NCBI RefSeq assembly: GCF_964355755.1
Contig: NC_092674.1
Location: 12,958,001 to 13,022,000, forward strand
Origin: Antedon mediterranea
Lineage: Eukaryota > Animalia > Echinodermata
DNA length: 64,000 nt
Direction of reading: 5' to 3'
Position 1 is the first letter of the stretch; each line of letters opens with the position of its first letter. Made by a program: the position numbers and the translations under genes. The notes under the pieces were generated by a model, which saw only the letters and a program-made list of their open reading frames with translations, ran no database searches and was not told the origin of the DNA. Shown piece after piece: positions 50,578 to 63,800 of this stretch.

Positions 50578-51192
50578 ATTTTCAGTGTAAAAAAGTAAGT
50601 AAGAATCCGTATCATTGTATATTTATTATATATATATATATTTTTTTTTTTTAGTTAGATAAACTTGAAGTTGCAAGATTGAAGGAATTCAATTTAAGTG
50701 CTGGTGTAATACAGATATGGTGGAGGAAAATCCTGGCAACCAAAAGTAAACAAGAGGTATTGATTGTAATAGTGTTTTGACAAATATCTTGCAGGCATCA
50801 TGCTGTTACCAAACCAAGCCACAGAAGGCTATTTTAACATTGAATTACATCTTAACTTTTATTCATTTTAAAATTTTTATAATTAAACTAAATGTGTTTA
50901 TGTACTGTTAGATGCTCAGTCACTGATTGATATGTTGTAGGTTTTAGAGGCTGGAAGGTGAGAGAAGATGTAAAGAAACGACATGAGGCAGCACGTGTCA
51001 TACACTATGCTATGATGCTGAGTCACTTATTAGAATTGATGTGTTGTATGTTTTAGAGGCTGGAAGGTGAGAGAAGATGTAAAGAGACGACATGAGGCAG
51101 CACGTGTCATACAGTATGCTATGAGTGGATATTCAATTCGTTTACATCAACGCAAGTTAGAGGAACAACTAAATGAAGTAGATTCAGACGAG
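50578..51192 (+). pseudogene. MYO19: Decayed myosin converter/IQ neck fragment, most similar to myosin XIX
   Basis: Exon 50655-50756 reads LDKLEVARLKEFNLSAGVIQIWWRKILA. Later, FRGWKVREDVKRRHEAARVIQYAMSGYSIRL runs to a donor at 51192. This resembles the MYO19 neck as I recall it (LLE..R....A..IQ..WRR; RSW..R....RLH.AA.VI). The last exon is partly duplicated and no motor exons lie upstream. Orthology is from recall, not a search. Confidence 0.5.
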
Positions 51193-52999
51193 GTAGGCCT
51201 TTACTTAAAACTCTCAATTCTCAATCTACGCTGCACCAACATACTTTACCAAGTGAAGTATGTTCCTTCATCCTCATGTACTTTAATGATGTTGAATTAA
51301 CACATCATCATTGATATGTATTGAGTTATAAAACTAAAAATGTTGAATCGAGAATATTTAATTTACTGAGAGATCAGTTAATTTTTAACTCATGAAATAT
51401 TCTCACTATTCAAATCATAAACATTTAGTTTATGGTGTTTATACCAATCTAATACTTTTTTTTTCTTTATACAATTTAACATTTATTTTTACCACTTAGC
51501 TGATTTGCTGAGCACCTGAATATAAAACGTGTTACAGAAGAGAAGCCTGTAAATCAAGGAACCATCATTAACAAGTTTGTGTAAGTTGCAACCACTCCTG
51601 CAGTTAATATAGCTTTTGGTATTGTGTTACTTGGTTTGTTGTAAGTATGTTAATCCAGGAACTACCACCAGTATCAAGGTTGTGTCAAATGCCGCAAATT
51701 GTCTACTATATAAATGTTGAAAGAAAAATGAATATTGACATAATTTTTTACATGCGTGTGCTGTCGTACCAATTTTTATTCACAATACAAACAATAATAC
51801 AGTCTTTGTGAAGCTCTTTCAGCTTTGATTTGGTTTTCACGCATGAGTAAACTTTATGAAAATGAAATTATCCTAATATTAAATTTTATTATAAACAAAT
51901 CATGTAAAACTAACAATGTAAAACTAAGTATGTAATTTCAGTAAATAACAATTATTCTCAGGAATATGATTTAATTTTGTGATTTTTATGTCCCATGCAT
52001 TTAGGATCAATTGAAGATTTAAATGTTGTGTTGTTTTTCTATTAAATTCTTTTTATTAACCCTATTGGTCGCGTTGAGATTTTAAAAATGCAATACAAAA
52101 AAGTTAACAATATTGTATATCATTTATTTTATTAAAATAGAATATGAAATATGTATTTATTTAGTAACTCTACTAATAAATGTATATTTTTTAAGTTTAA
52201 ATCAACAGCATGCATACACCACAACATTGTACTTTATCTTTACAAGAGTTATCTTGTAAATATAAATTTACAATTTTAGTTAGCAATTATTAATGTCATT
52301 TCCATTCCTTAAACCATTTTAAGTAAGAACTGTTCCCCTCACTATAATTAATGACAATATTTACAAATATCTTAATAATGTTCTCTCTCCTTGTAATGTT
52401 GCGTCAGTTGAGTCGATTATTGAACAAAATAAGGTTTTATTTTAAATTACCCTACTTACAGTTTGTCAAATGCGCACAATAAAGAATCGATTACACGTAA
52501 ATATTACAAAAGAGTTAATATTAAACTAGCATTCAAATCATTTAAAATGTCAAACTTTTTTAGTCAAGACATTTTAAGGGAGTTCGCCTATTTATCAAAT
52601 GCCTCACAAACGTTATTTTAACTCAAAAGTTCGGAGGAATTATTCATAATTTATCTAACATATTTTTCCTAGAAAACACATCATGCTAATATTGGATGTG
52701 ATTGACTGATTGGAGGCATCTGTACGGTCAGTAAAAATATCTTATTTTTGTGATGAATGGGGAGAAAGGACCATTCTGTTTTAGGTTTTCAGAAGCCTGT
52801 TGATCGTCACACACACTAGACAGCAGCTGATTAGAATTCTGATTAAAAATTATTTCAAAACGTGTGGTTTTATAATCCCAAGTTATACCAAGTACGCCTT
52901 CTAATCATAATAATATTTATAATCATAATATTGATGCTTATGATGCACACTATATATCATTGGCAGAGTTTAATGTGTCAAGACATCAAAATAAACAAT

Positions 53000-53937
53000 G
53001 CAAATAATGTAGGATAATTCAGTCCCTCTAATGGAATTCAACAACAAATAATTTAGGATAATTCAGTCCCTCTAATTGAATTCAACAACAAACAATTTAG
53101 GATAATTCAGTCCCTCTAATTGAATTCAACAACAAATAATTTAGGATAATTCAGTCCCTCTAATTGAATTCAACAACAATTAATTTAGGATAATTCAGTC
53201 CCTCTAATTGAATTCAACAACAAATAATTTAGGATAATACAGTCCCTCTAATTGAATTCAACAACAAATAATTTAGGATAATTCAGTCCCTCCTCTAATT
53301 GAATTCAACAACAAATAATTTAGGATAATTCAGTTCCTCTAATTGAATTCAACAACAAATAATTTAGGATAATTCAGTCCCTCTAATTGAATTCAACAAC
53401 AAATAGTTTAGGATAATTCAGTCCCTCTAATTGAATTCAACAACAAATAATTTAGGATAATTCAGTCCCTCTAATTGAATTCAACAACAAATAATTTAGG
53501 AAAATTCAGTCCCTCTAATTGAATTCAACAACAAATAATTTAGGATAATTCAGTCCCTCTAATTGAATTCAACAACAAATAGTTTAGGATAATTCAGTCC
53601 CTCTAATTGAATTCAACAACAAATAATTTAGGATAATTCAGTCCCTCTAATTGAATTCAACAACAAATAATTTAGGATAATTCAGTCCCTCTAATTGAAT
53701 TCAACAACAAATAGTTTAGGATAATTCAGTCCCTCTAATTGAATTCAACAACAAATAATTGAGGATAATTCAGTCCCTCTAATTGAATTCAACAACAAAT
53801 AATTTAGGATAATTCAGTCCCTCTAATTAAATTCAACAACACATCATTTAGGATAATTCAGTCCCTCTAATTGAATTCAACAACAAATAATTTAGGATAA
53901 TTCAGTCCCTCTAATTGAATTCAACAACAAATAATTT
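53000..53937. repeat. 44-bp minisatellite, about 21 highly homogeneous copies
   Basis: Head-to-tail unit taggataattcagtccctctaattgaattcaacaacaaataatt (for example starting at 53541 and 53585), with no spacers. Confidence 0.97.
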
Positions 53938-54598
53938 CATGAGATGAAAATGTGTTCCTTTGTTCCCATTGCACAAATATAATACATTTGTTTTATTGAC
54001 AATTTGATTGGACGATTGTGGGTCATATGACATTAACTAAATGTACTACAGTATGGTACTGAAATTCAGTTTTATGAATTTATTTTTGTTAGAGAGATTG
54101 AGCAACCACACGCTTGAGAAGAGTCCAGGCTGTTGATTGATTAAGTAACCTGTAGAGGCCTGCAGTCTATTTGTTCAACTCCATGTCCAAAATTGGAATA
54201 CTGCCTTTTTGAATGGCAACATTATATTTTGTTATGATTTAACCAGATACAAAATACATACAAATATAACAATATTTTGTCATTCACATACCTGACATCT
54301 CATGATGTCAGGTAGGTGACCTATGTTAAAGTACTTGTATTACTTTGGTCTATTAAAACATAGTTGTATCTTGCACTTTTAATAACATTATTTCAATAGG
54401 TCTTCTTTATTGTCCTTTATTAACTATGTATCTCCTATTGTTCATACAAATTGTTTATTTGTTGAACTGAGTTACCATATAGCTGCAGTTCATACGGTCT
54501 ACTGTAGGTTTTCAATAGACACTTTAGACTGTTTCTAGAAATTCTACAATATCCATTCTCAACTTGCATCAAGGCTTTTACTACTTCCTCTCGTTGGT

Positions 54599-54870
54599 TC
54601 ACATCTCTTTCTTGGTTTCTAGTAATTCTACAATATCCATTCTCTCAACTGCTCTCAAGGCTTTTACTACTTCCTCTTGTTGTTTCACATCCCTTCCTTG
54701 CTTACATCGCCATTGTACAAGTGATTCCATTGTTGCTTCTACAGTCAGCGCTGAAAACCTTCTCTCAGTTTGTGATAGCTCAACATCAGCAATACCAAGA
54801 TGCCTACAGAAATTCTTCCAATCTGTCATCTTCTCAGATATTATCAGGAAGTCCAAGTCTGTTAAGCATC
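54599..54870 (-). CDS. Death-domain exon 3 (terminal)
   Basis: DWKNFCRHLGIADVEL..ESLVQWRCKQG..VKALRAVERMDIVELL; starts in phase 1 and ends at TGA. Confidence 0.9.
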
Positions 54871-57800
54871 CTGTAAAAACACATTTAATTGACTTCATTA
54901 AATAAAATACATTTGGTTGTTTTTCTTCAAACATTCAGGTGCTGAAATTAAGCAACATTTCTGGAATGTAACATTCTATTTGTATTGGAAGAAATCATGA
55001 ATAAAGCATGAGCCTAATTACTAATTATTTACTTATTATTTTATTCTTAGAATTACAAGATAGCTAACCTATTTCCTGAATACAAGAGAACTTAACCCTC
55101 GAAAATATACAAAATGTGTCCTTACGTAAAATACATATTGCACAATTTCATCACAACAACATAAGTTACATAAATATTTGATCGTACCCCTGAAAAATGG
55201 GTCAATATTGGATGTAGTTTACTGATTGGAGGCATCTGTATGGCCAGTAAAAATACACTTGTTTTATTGGTGATGAATGGGAAGGCATGGATCATTCTCT
55301 TTTATGTTTTTTCAGATGGGTGTTCATTTTAGACACAGTTTTGTTTGTTTGTTTTTATATATCTAGGCAAATTTCCAAGGATAACCATAAGCGAATTCAA
55401 TCACTATCCTTCTTAAGGTGGCAATCCCATTCACAAGACAAACATATACACAAGATGCTCTACATAAACGAAGTCTTATTACAAGTCTTTGGGGGTGGAG
55501 TTGTATTTGTCATTATAAAACATCCTGACATATGACAGGAATTGAACCCAGGAGCCATGAATTGGTAGCCAAATTAGCTTAATCACGTTTAAAACATTTC
55601 TTGTTTATCAAATGATTGCTGATGACAATAAAGAGTCAAATCACTAATTATATCTACAGTAGTATCAGGTATACATATAACATTTGTTTTTAATAACAAT
55701 CATTACCCACCTTGTCCTGATTGGTCTGTAAACACTGCAACTTCTAAACTGACATCATCTTTGTATTCATATCTTGTACACAGGCTATCAGCTAAATCAA
55801 CACGTCCCTGTTGTTTAAAAGCCTTGATCATTGTAGGTAGCTGATGTGCTTCTGCATGTTGACAGCTATTTCTCCATTGGACCAATACCTCCATTATGGC
55901 ATCTTCTACATGTTTGTTTTTGTCTGCAATTTTATTAACGTTGTCCCATTTGATTCCAAGTCGCACTGCTAGTCTTCTCCAACTTTGATTTAAATTGTCA
56001 CAGATGAATAAGAGATCTTGATCATCAAAAAAAGCTGTGAAATAATAAAAGCAATAAGGTAATGCGTTCTGTTTCAATTAAATTCAACTCCCTATTCCAT
56101 GCAATATTTATTTCGGAATCTCTCGTCCATAGAAAATAAACATAATTTTGTATCAATTAACACATTTAAATAAAAATATGATTATCAGAATATTTTTTTT
56201 TAAAGCATTCATGAGCAAGATTTTATAACACACCTAAGATTCTTAATTTAATTTGAGAATTGCGAGTCATATTTTATTTAAATGTGCTATTGCTCTCTTA
56301 ATGATGCCATTGAGAGTGCAATGTTGTTATATGTGCACACAAGTACCTGCATTTTGCATGTTCATTTTTGTTACACGGTGAGTGAGCAACCACATGTTAC
56401 AAGAGGCGAGGCTATTGTTGCCTCTCTTTTTATCAAAAGTAGGTGTATACTCATAAACATTCATTACTTGTATACTATTTAATGGCACGAATCATTACAA
56501 TATAAAATGCATTATACCTGAATGTTTGATAAACTTGTGTATTTCATTGTCAACATATTTGTGAAACAGCAGATCAGCAAGATCATTACGACCATGTTGT
56601 CTTAGTGCAGTACACAATACTTGTTGCTGATTAAGGTCACTACCAATGTTTCTCCTCCAATGTTTCAGCATCTTTGCTGTAGCTTTATCTGTTTGCTTTT
56701 CATTATCTAAAATAGTATTCACTTTAGACCATGTAAGCCCCAAACGAACACCAAATCGTCTGCAGGAAAGATCCATCTCTCTGGACACTTTGTCAATAGT
56801 TAGGTCATCCACATAGTCTATATCGAAAAACAAAATTTTATTTCTATTGTGTTTTTAATCCTTCACAATAGTAACTAAACATAATAATTATTTTATCATA
56901 ATATATACCTTTGTTATCCTTGACATCTGACATCCTCCTTCGTTTACTAGATCCCTTAACTCGTGATTTTTTTAAAGATGTTTTCCCCTTCGTCATTTTA
57001 TGAGCCTTAGCAACAGTATCATCATCATCAGTATCAGATTCTGGATCTATGTTCTTCTGTCTACCAGCTTCTTTTGAGGTAGAAGCTACAATGACAATAA
57101 AAAAACAAAATAGTGATAAAGTTAAACCAAGATGTAAAATTGCTTGTTTTGTATTGTTATTTTATGTAGTATTACTCTTTTAGTATAATAATAATCATAT
57201 TGGTTATTTATGAATGTATTAGTTTGGCAATTCTGGAATTAAATTTAAAAATGATGATCTTCAAAAATATACACTAATGATAATTTCTGTATTAGCTGAA
57301 CAGTTTTTTATTTTCAATACTTTACCAGCAACTTGTTGACATACAGTATATTGCGCTGTATATTGTTGATATTAATTTATATCTGTGAAAGTCAGTTGCA
57401 TTCAACTATCGCATGGTTTAAACATTAAAAACCTAGAATTGTAGTGTACGATGATGATGATAATCATTCATAATACATCTTTTACCATCAACCGCACCTT
57501 TGTTATCCTTCTTGGAGGAAAAGAATCTCTTCACTTTACGAGTGATTCTTTGAAGTCTTGAAGTAGAAGCTTGTGCATTGCTGTGACCATCACTGTCAGA
57601 ATCTAGAGCTATGCTTTGTTTTGTACTATCTTTCGATTCAGATGCTAAACAAAAATAAATCGAAAAGCAACATTTTACAAACTGTATAACTTAGATGTAC
57701 ATCTTCAATAATACTGTTTTTTTTTAATTCTGTGGATTATCATAAACTAGATGGCACGCTCGCTTCGCTCGCGTACCATCTAGGTCGTGCCCACAGATGG

Positions 57801-60800
57801 TTCTCGAATACACAGTATTTCCAGCGAGAAAAAAAATGGAGATTTCAAATGTACGTACCGCAGGACTATAATACATTGTCGTTTACAGAAACGAATAAAT
57901 ATACACAATTATTTATGTAGTCAACCAAAATTAGCACCCTGGGAATTACTTCCGAGAGAGAAACAAAATGAGTCAAATTTTGTTATTTGGACTCATTTAA
58001 ACAAACCCAATTTGTGTTTTGTATGTAACATTAAGAGTTGAGGGATGGGGGAAGAAGATAGGTACAAAGAGGAAACATTTTAAAATATATTCTTATCCAC
58101 TCAGTAACGAAATATTGTTTTAAATGTGTTATAGGCCTATAAATAATATACCACTAAATACAGTAAAACATTTACGATTTAATACGGTACTTTGTTAAAA
58201 CTCTCACTGTCATAGTCGATTGAAATAGTAAAGTACATGTAACGATACACCACTACGACGTTTATATATTTTTAAATTATTAATTAATACAAACGTTGAG
58301 AAGCAACTGTCAGTAATAACGTTAATTTATTTGTATATTATATGTTTATAATCTAACAGTAGGGCCTACCCACACTCACAGTAATAAAGTTTATTTGTAT
58401 ATATTTTTATATTACATCTAACAGTACCAACACTCACAGTAAGAAATTTGCGATTCAAATTGCGATCAAAAGTGGTTAATACCTTAACAGTATTGTACAG
58501 CATTGCAATACTATTTATGTTTATTCTCCAAGGGGGCCCATAAATCTAAATCTATACCTCTATGGTTAAACCAAATAATTTGGAATGTTTATTTGTATAT
58601 TATATGTTTATAATCTAACAGTAGGGCCTACCCACACTCACAGTAATAAAGTTTATTTGTATATATTTTTATATTACATCTAACAGTACCAACACTCACA
58701 GTAAGAAATTTGCGATTCAAATTGCGATCAAAAGTGGTTAATACCTTAACAGTATTGTACAGCATTGCAATACTATTTATGTTTATTCTCCAAGGGGGTC
58801 CATAAATCTAAACCTCTATGGTTAAACCAAATAATTTGGAATGTTCCATTCATCACAAATCAATACATTTGTAAAAACGTATATTAAATGTATCAAAATA
58901 GTATTTTTTAAAGAAAATCGGCCTGTCTTCAACATTATGATGCTGTACTCGAACTGTTCAACCGGTTTTCAGCTATTAAAAACAATTATCGTAGGAGGAG
59001 ATAGGAAAATGCGAAGCCTCCTCGCATTTTTGTGGCGGGTATTTTTCAAGATGAACATCCATTAGACAGTGTATACCACGATCGGAAAACACCCCTATTT
59101 GGGACAAATCGTTGAACCTAAATTCGTTTTAATCGTCAATAACTAATTATCTAACTTAATTTAATTAGTAAACAGGGTTACATCAGGTGGTTAAAATCAG
59201 TACCGAAAGTACGAACCAACTTTATATACCATCGAGTAAAAATTCTAGAAGTAAGGCGCGATTTACCGAATTTTGCCCTTACGTAAATTTATATATAGAT
59301 GATGATGACACAGAATTATTATAAAAATCTAAAAAAAAGTTTTTTTTTTCTACTTTTCTACATTTTATGGCATTTATATAATAGTTGAAAGATTGTAACT
59401 TCTTATAATGAAGTAACATACAATTATTATTCATTTTTACATGAATGATGCAAATAAAATGTCTTATATCCATTAAGTATACTTAAATAAATAAAGAATA
59501 TATATATTTTTTATTTTCGAAATTCTTAACTTGAATCCTCATTTATTTTGTTTGGTTTAAGAATTTTTTTTTTTATTTTACTTCATCCTAAATTAAAAGT
59601 TTCACTGATGGATAATACACAAAACAAATCCTCTACCTTTTAGTACAATGTCTCCAAACAGATTACGATAACGTTTCACTTCCATTCCTCTGCTTCCACA
59701 TGGCAACACATCTTTGTCAAATTTGCGTACAACATGCATATGAGTGTGTTCACCTTTTGAGCCACACACACAAGGGATGTACATCTTTACTTTAACACCA
59801 CGTGCATTCTTCTCACTCAAAAAGTGCAATTCTTTTTCAAGAAATGTTAGTACCTATAAAATAGAATAATTTGATTTAGTTGATTATTTTGCTACCCACA
59901 ACAAAAAGTAGTATTTAAATAATTATACAAACTAAAAATTAGTAAATGGAGCAAAGAATGATAACATGTAAGCATGTTTCCGAATAGGATCACCAAAACA
60001 TATTCAAATACAAAATACATTATTATTTTACTATTAAGTGTACATTACAGTTTAAATAAAGTAATTATTAATTATTGTTTATTGTTTAATTTTCTTTAAT
60101 CATCAATATTGTTTATACTCTACATATGCAACTCATAAACATTATTTTACATTAACTTACGTTCTTACAGATGCTAGGTTTTGGATCATCATCTTCAGGA
60201 AGGCCAGCAGCATTCATCATGTCTGTTCTAACTATTGTTGTCTGCAATATCAAAAATCAATTTTTATTTTTATTCTTTTGACAATTGTTTCTCTTTAATT
60301 TTCATTAAAGCAATTGCCACTTAATCTATAATCTATATATAATCTATTATGATCTATATATATATAATATTATAAACTATAAAGATAAATGAAAAAAACA
60401 CCTTTTAATGTAGATAATTGCCATATTTTCACCGATTGAACAAGCATTTGCTTTTTATTTTAGTCTATTTCAATTTTACTGTTATTCTATTATGTTATAT
60501 CTGGAGGATATAACTGAAAATCTAAAAACTGATAATGTTTCTATTATAATTCTATCTGAGGCTGATATTTTCTCAGAGGTAATTAAACATTTATAGTTAT
60601 GTTCCTAAGATGATACTTTCTCAGATTTAGTTTTTAGTCTTATAACATCAATTTTATTAAGTCTACCTGAAACAAACGGCAATTGTTGATGGTAGCTACA
60701 TTTAGAACCACAAAATGATGGCCATCAATATGCAGTTCTACATGCTCATAAGACAATGTAGGCTCAACATCTTCCATTTGAAATTCCTCAATAAATTTTG

Positions 60801-63800
60801 TTGTGACACGTTGGAAGAGATCATCTGGTAGGTAGCCATCAAAGTCATGAAATAGAGAAATAGCACGCTTCTCTTCATATTCAACAGCCTTTGTATCATC
60901 ACGTTGGGGCTTTAGGCGTGAAAGAACATAGAACGTTCGTTCAACATTCTATAGAAACAAAAATGGAACATGAGTAGTAGATGGAATATATTAAAAAATA
61001 ATTGAACTAAATATTTGAAATGAAATGTAAATACCTCTTTACTCCTTTTTTCACACATTAACCCAAAGGTTTGCATCAGAGACACAAAGAAGATAATCAT
61101 CTCAGCTGAATCATCCTTCCATATATGCCGCAGCAGTCTTTCATCTAGTTTACCCCCATTTAAATTTCTCCAAAGCTGTTTCATAGATGGCTAAAAAAAT
61201 ATAAAAGCACAAGTGTAATTTGTCAATGCAACAAAGTAATTACTGTTCTTCTGTTCAGTAAAACCTCACCTTTGGGAAAACCTTATTGAAACTTAATTAC
61301 TTGTGCAATGAATGAGGTTAATATCACAGATAACATCTATTAAGGGGACACTTTGTTGGGTCTTCCCTTAATGGGAGTGCTACACTAATACGTTTACAAG
61401 CATATATTTTAGTATTAGAATATAATAGAATTAATGAGGTATAATTTCGTTCTCTGTGTGGCAGATATTACATGTTTACAGCTAAATCCTAAATGTTTAC
61501 ATATGATATTCACCAATGACTGACACCACTCAAAGAAGTGAAGTTTGCAAACCTGAAGGCTGGGATCTATAACTGTGATGATTGTTTTAAACTTGTCAAC
61601 TACTCCCATCAAATCTATAACAATTTTTTCTTTGAGGATCTTGTCATCTGGGTAGAACAGAATCTCACCGATGTCGTGCAAATACTCAAGAAACTGTTTT
61701 CTGTCAGTTATCTTACAACTAGCAAGTAAATCATTGATCTAAAAGGCAAATAAATATTATAATGAAAAATGTAACGAAAACAAAAATATTGAGTAATTAC
61801 AAACTGGTTTTCTGCTGATGTTATCAATCATTTCGTTAATGTTCAAAGGTTGTTTATATAGGACATAATACTTTATCATGCAAGGGTAGATTTGAAATCT
61901 GAAAGTTTCCTAACCAACAGTAAACTCAAGGTTTACCACTTACTTCAATAATTGTTATTGCCAAACAAAATGTTCATTTTGTTTTTGGCAAAATTGGTAC
62001 TAAAACAATTGCACCATTCCTGTTTGATACATATTTGTTGAAGATTCACCATAAACAGTCAATTAACACAGACAGCAAAGCAGGGATACTGTTAATGTTA
62101 CTATCAATAACAAGTTTTTTTTTCACTTTAACACCATTCGATGCAGCAATAAAAAGGGTTTAATGCTTTAATGTGATTTAAGAATAAACAAATGTAATGG
62201 ATGTTAAACACTTATTATTAAAACACATTATTCAATCAATTTTTTTTTATATAAATGTATCTATTCTAACCTGAGATATTGGTAGATACAGTTTGTCTTT
62301 TCGTAACTTTTGTATTTCCTGCAGTACTTGTAGCCATTTGATTGGCAAAGTAAGAATCATCATCTGGACTAATTTTTGTATTTGGAGAATGATTTTAGAA
62401 GCACCGCTCTTTTCAAATGATACACTGTTTTCAATGGTAAAGAGCTCTTCTTGATACACCATATCCTCAAATGGTTTTCCTTCCAGGGCTTTCCAAAGTT
62501 TTTTCTCTATTGCCTTTACCTAAAATAAATAACATCACATTGGAATTAAACGTATGTCATGGGAAAATTTAAAGGGTGCCGTACCAGCCAAGACCCCACC
62601 CCCACCCCATTTGTAAACTGCAAGAAGTCTTTTATTTAATTTATGTCACGCATTTATGTACCCAGTGTACACTAGTATAATTATACCAATATAAGAAAAT
62701 GTGTGATAAATCATACATATTTGTATACCCTTTTATTTGTTTTATTATAGACCTAACAGATGGAACATTATTATCACAATGAAAGTGCACATACTGTAGT
62801 ATTTCATTTATGAAATAATCTTAGATTTTTACAAAAAAATATCATTTGAAATACTTTTAATCTTTAGCCTACATATATTTTTAATTGAAATTAAGGTAAG
62901 ATAATCATTTAATCATAAGCCAGCACAGTACAGTAGTATGTGCATGTCATGACAATGAAACAACTGTCCACCTGATTACATAATCGGGACTTTACGAAAC
63001 AGGGTGGTTAGTTTTCTGTGTTCGCTGGAGCGCAAAATTATAAACAAGACATAGCCATTTTATTAGTTACCCACCACGTGAAGACGACAACGATCGGTCA
63101 GAGAGAGAGAGAGACAACCATGTCTACTAGCCTACTAGACTATAATAGGGCTACTCTAGCTAGGGGACCTACCTAGGCTACTTACTAGATATGGGTGTAT
63201 TGATTTGGGTTTATGGCCTAAAAGCTAGAACAGCATTATCTCTAGTCTCCCTCCCCTGTCTCACGGGGGCCCTATTGAATCTCTTTGGCTTGGTGGTACG
63301 ACATATGCTTTCTAGCTAGGGACCTTGCAAACAAACGCCGTGCAAAATGTATTACACAGCAGCAATTTTAATCAAAAAACAATGTTATTTCGTTAAACAA
63401 TTAAATTAGAAGTGAAAATTACACTTTAAGTGTTTTGAACTGTATATTTAAGGTTATATATACTAGTTGTATTTCTAATCGTTCTTCATGAGCACCTAAT
63501 AGTATGAGCATGACATGATGTATAAAACAATCGCCCACCTGATTACACAATATATGGTTGCCAATGTTAGGGATGAAACTACATATTGTTTCCAATGAAT
63601 CAATTACAATATACAATTTTGTAATGTTTAATGAAACAAAATATGATAACATATGTACCATTTGTTGTCTTTCTTGTTCAGTTTTACCAAGGCTCTCATA
63701 ATGTGTACCAATCAGCATTATCTTGTTTTTCTGTCCTGTTCTTACGTTTACAAAAACTGAACGAATCCAAAACAGAATGAACTCAAGATTTGTCATTCGA

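Noticed and set aside
53000-53937. CRISPR-like appearance of the 44-bp repeat with a palindromic core
   Set aside because: Units are contiguous with no unique spacers, there are no cas genes, and the context is eukaryotic.
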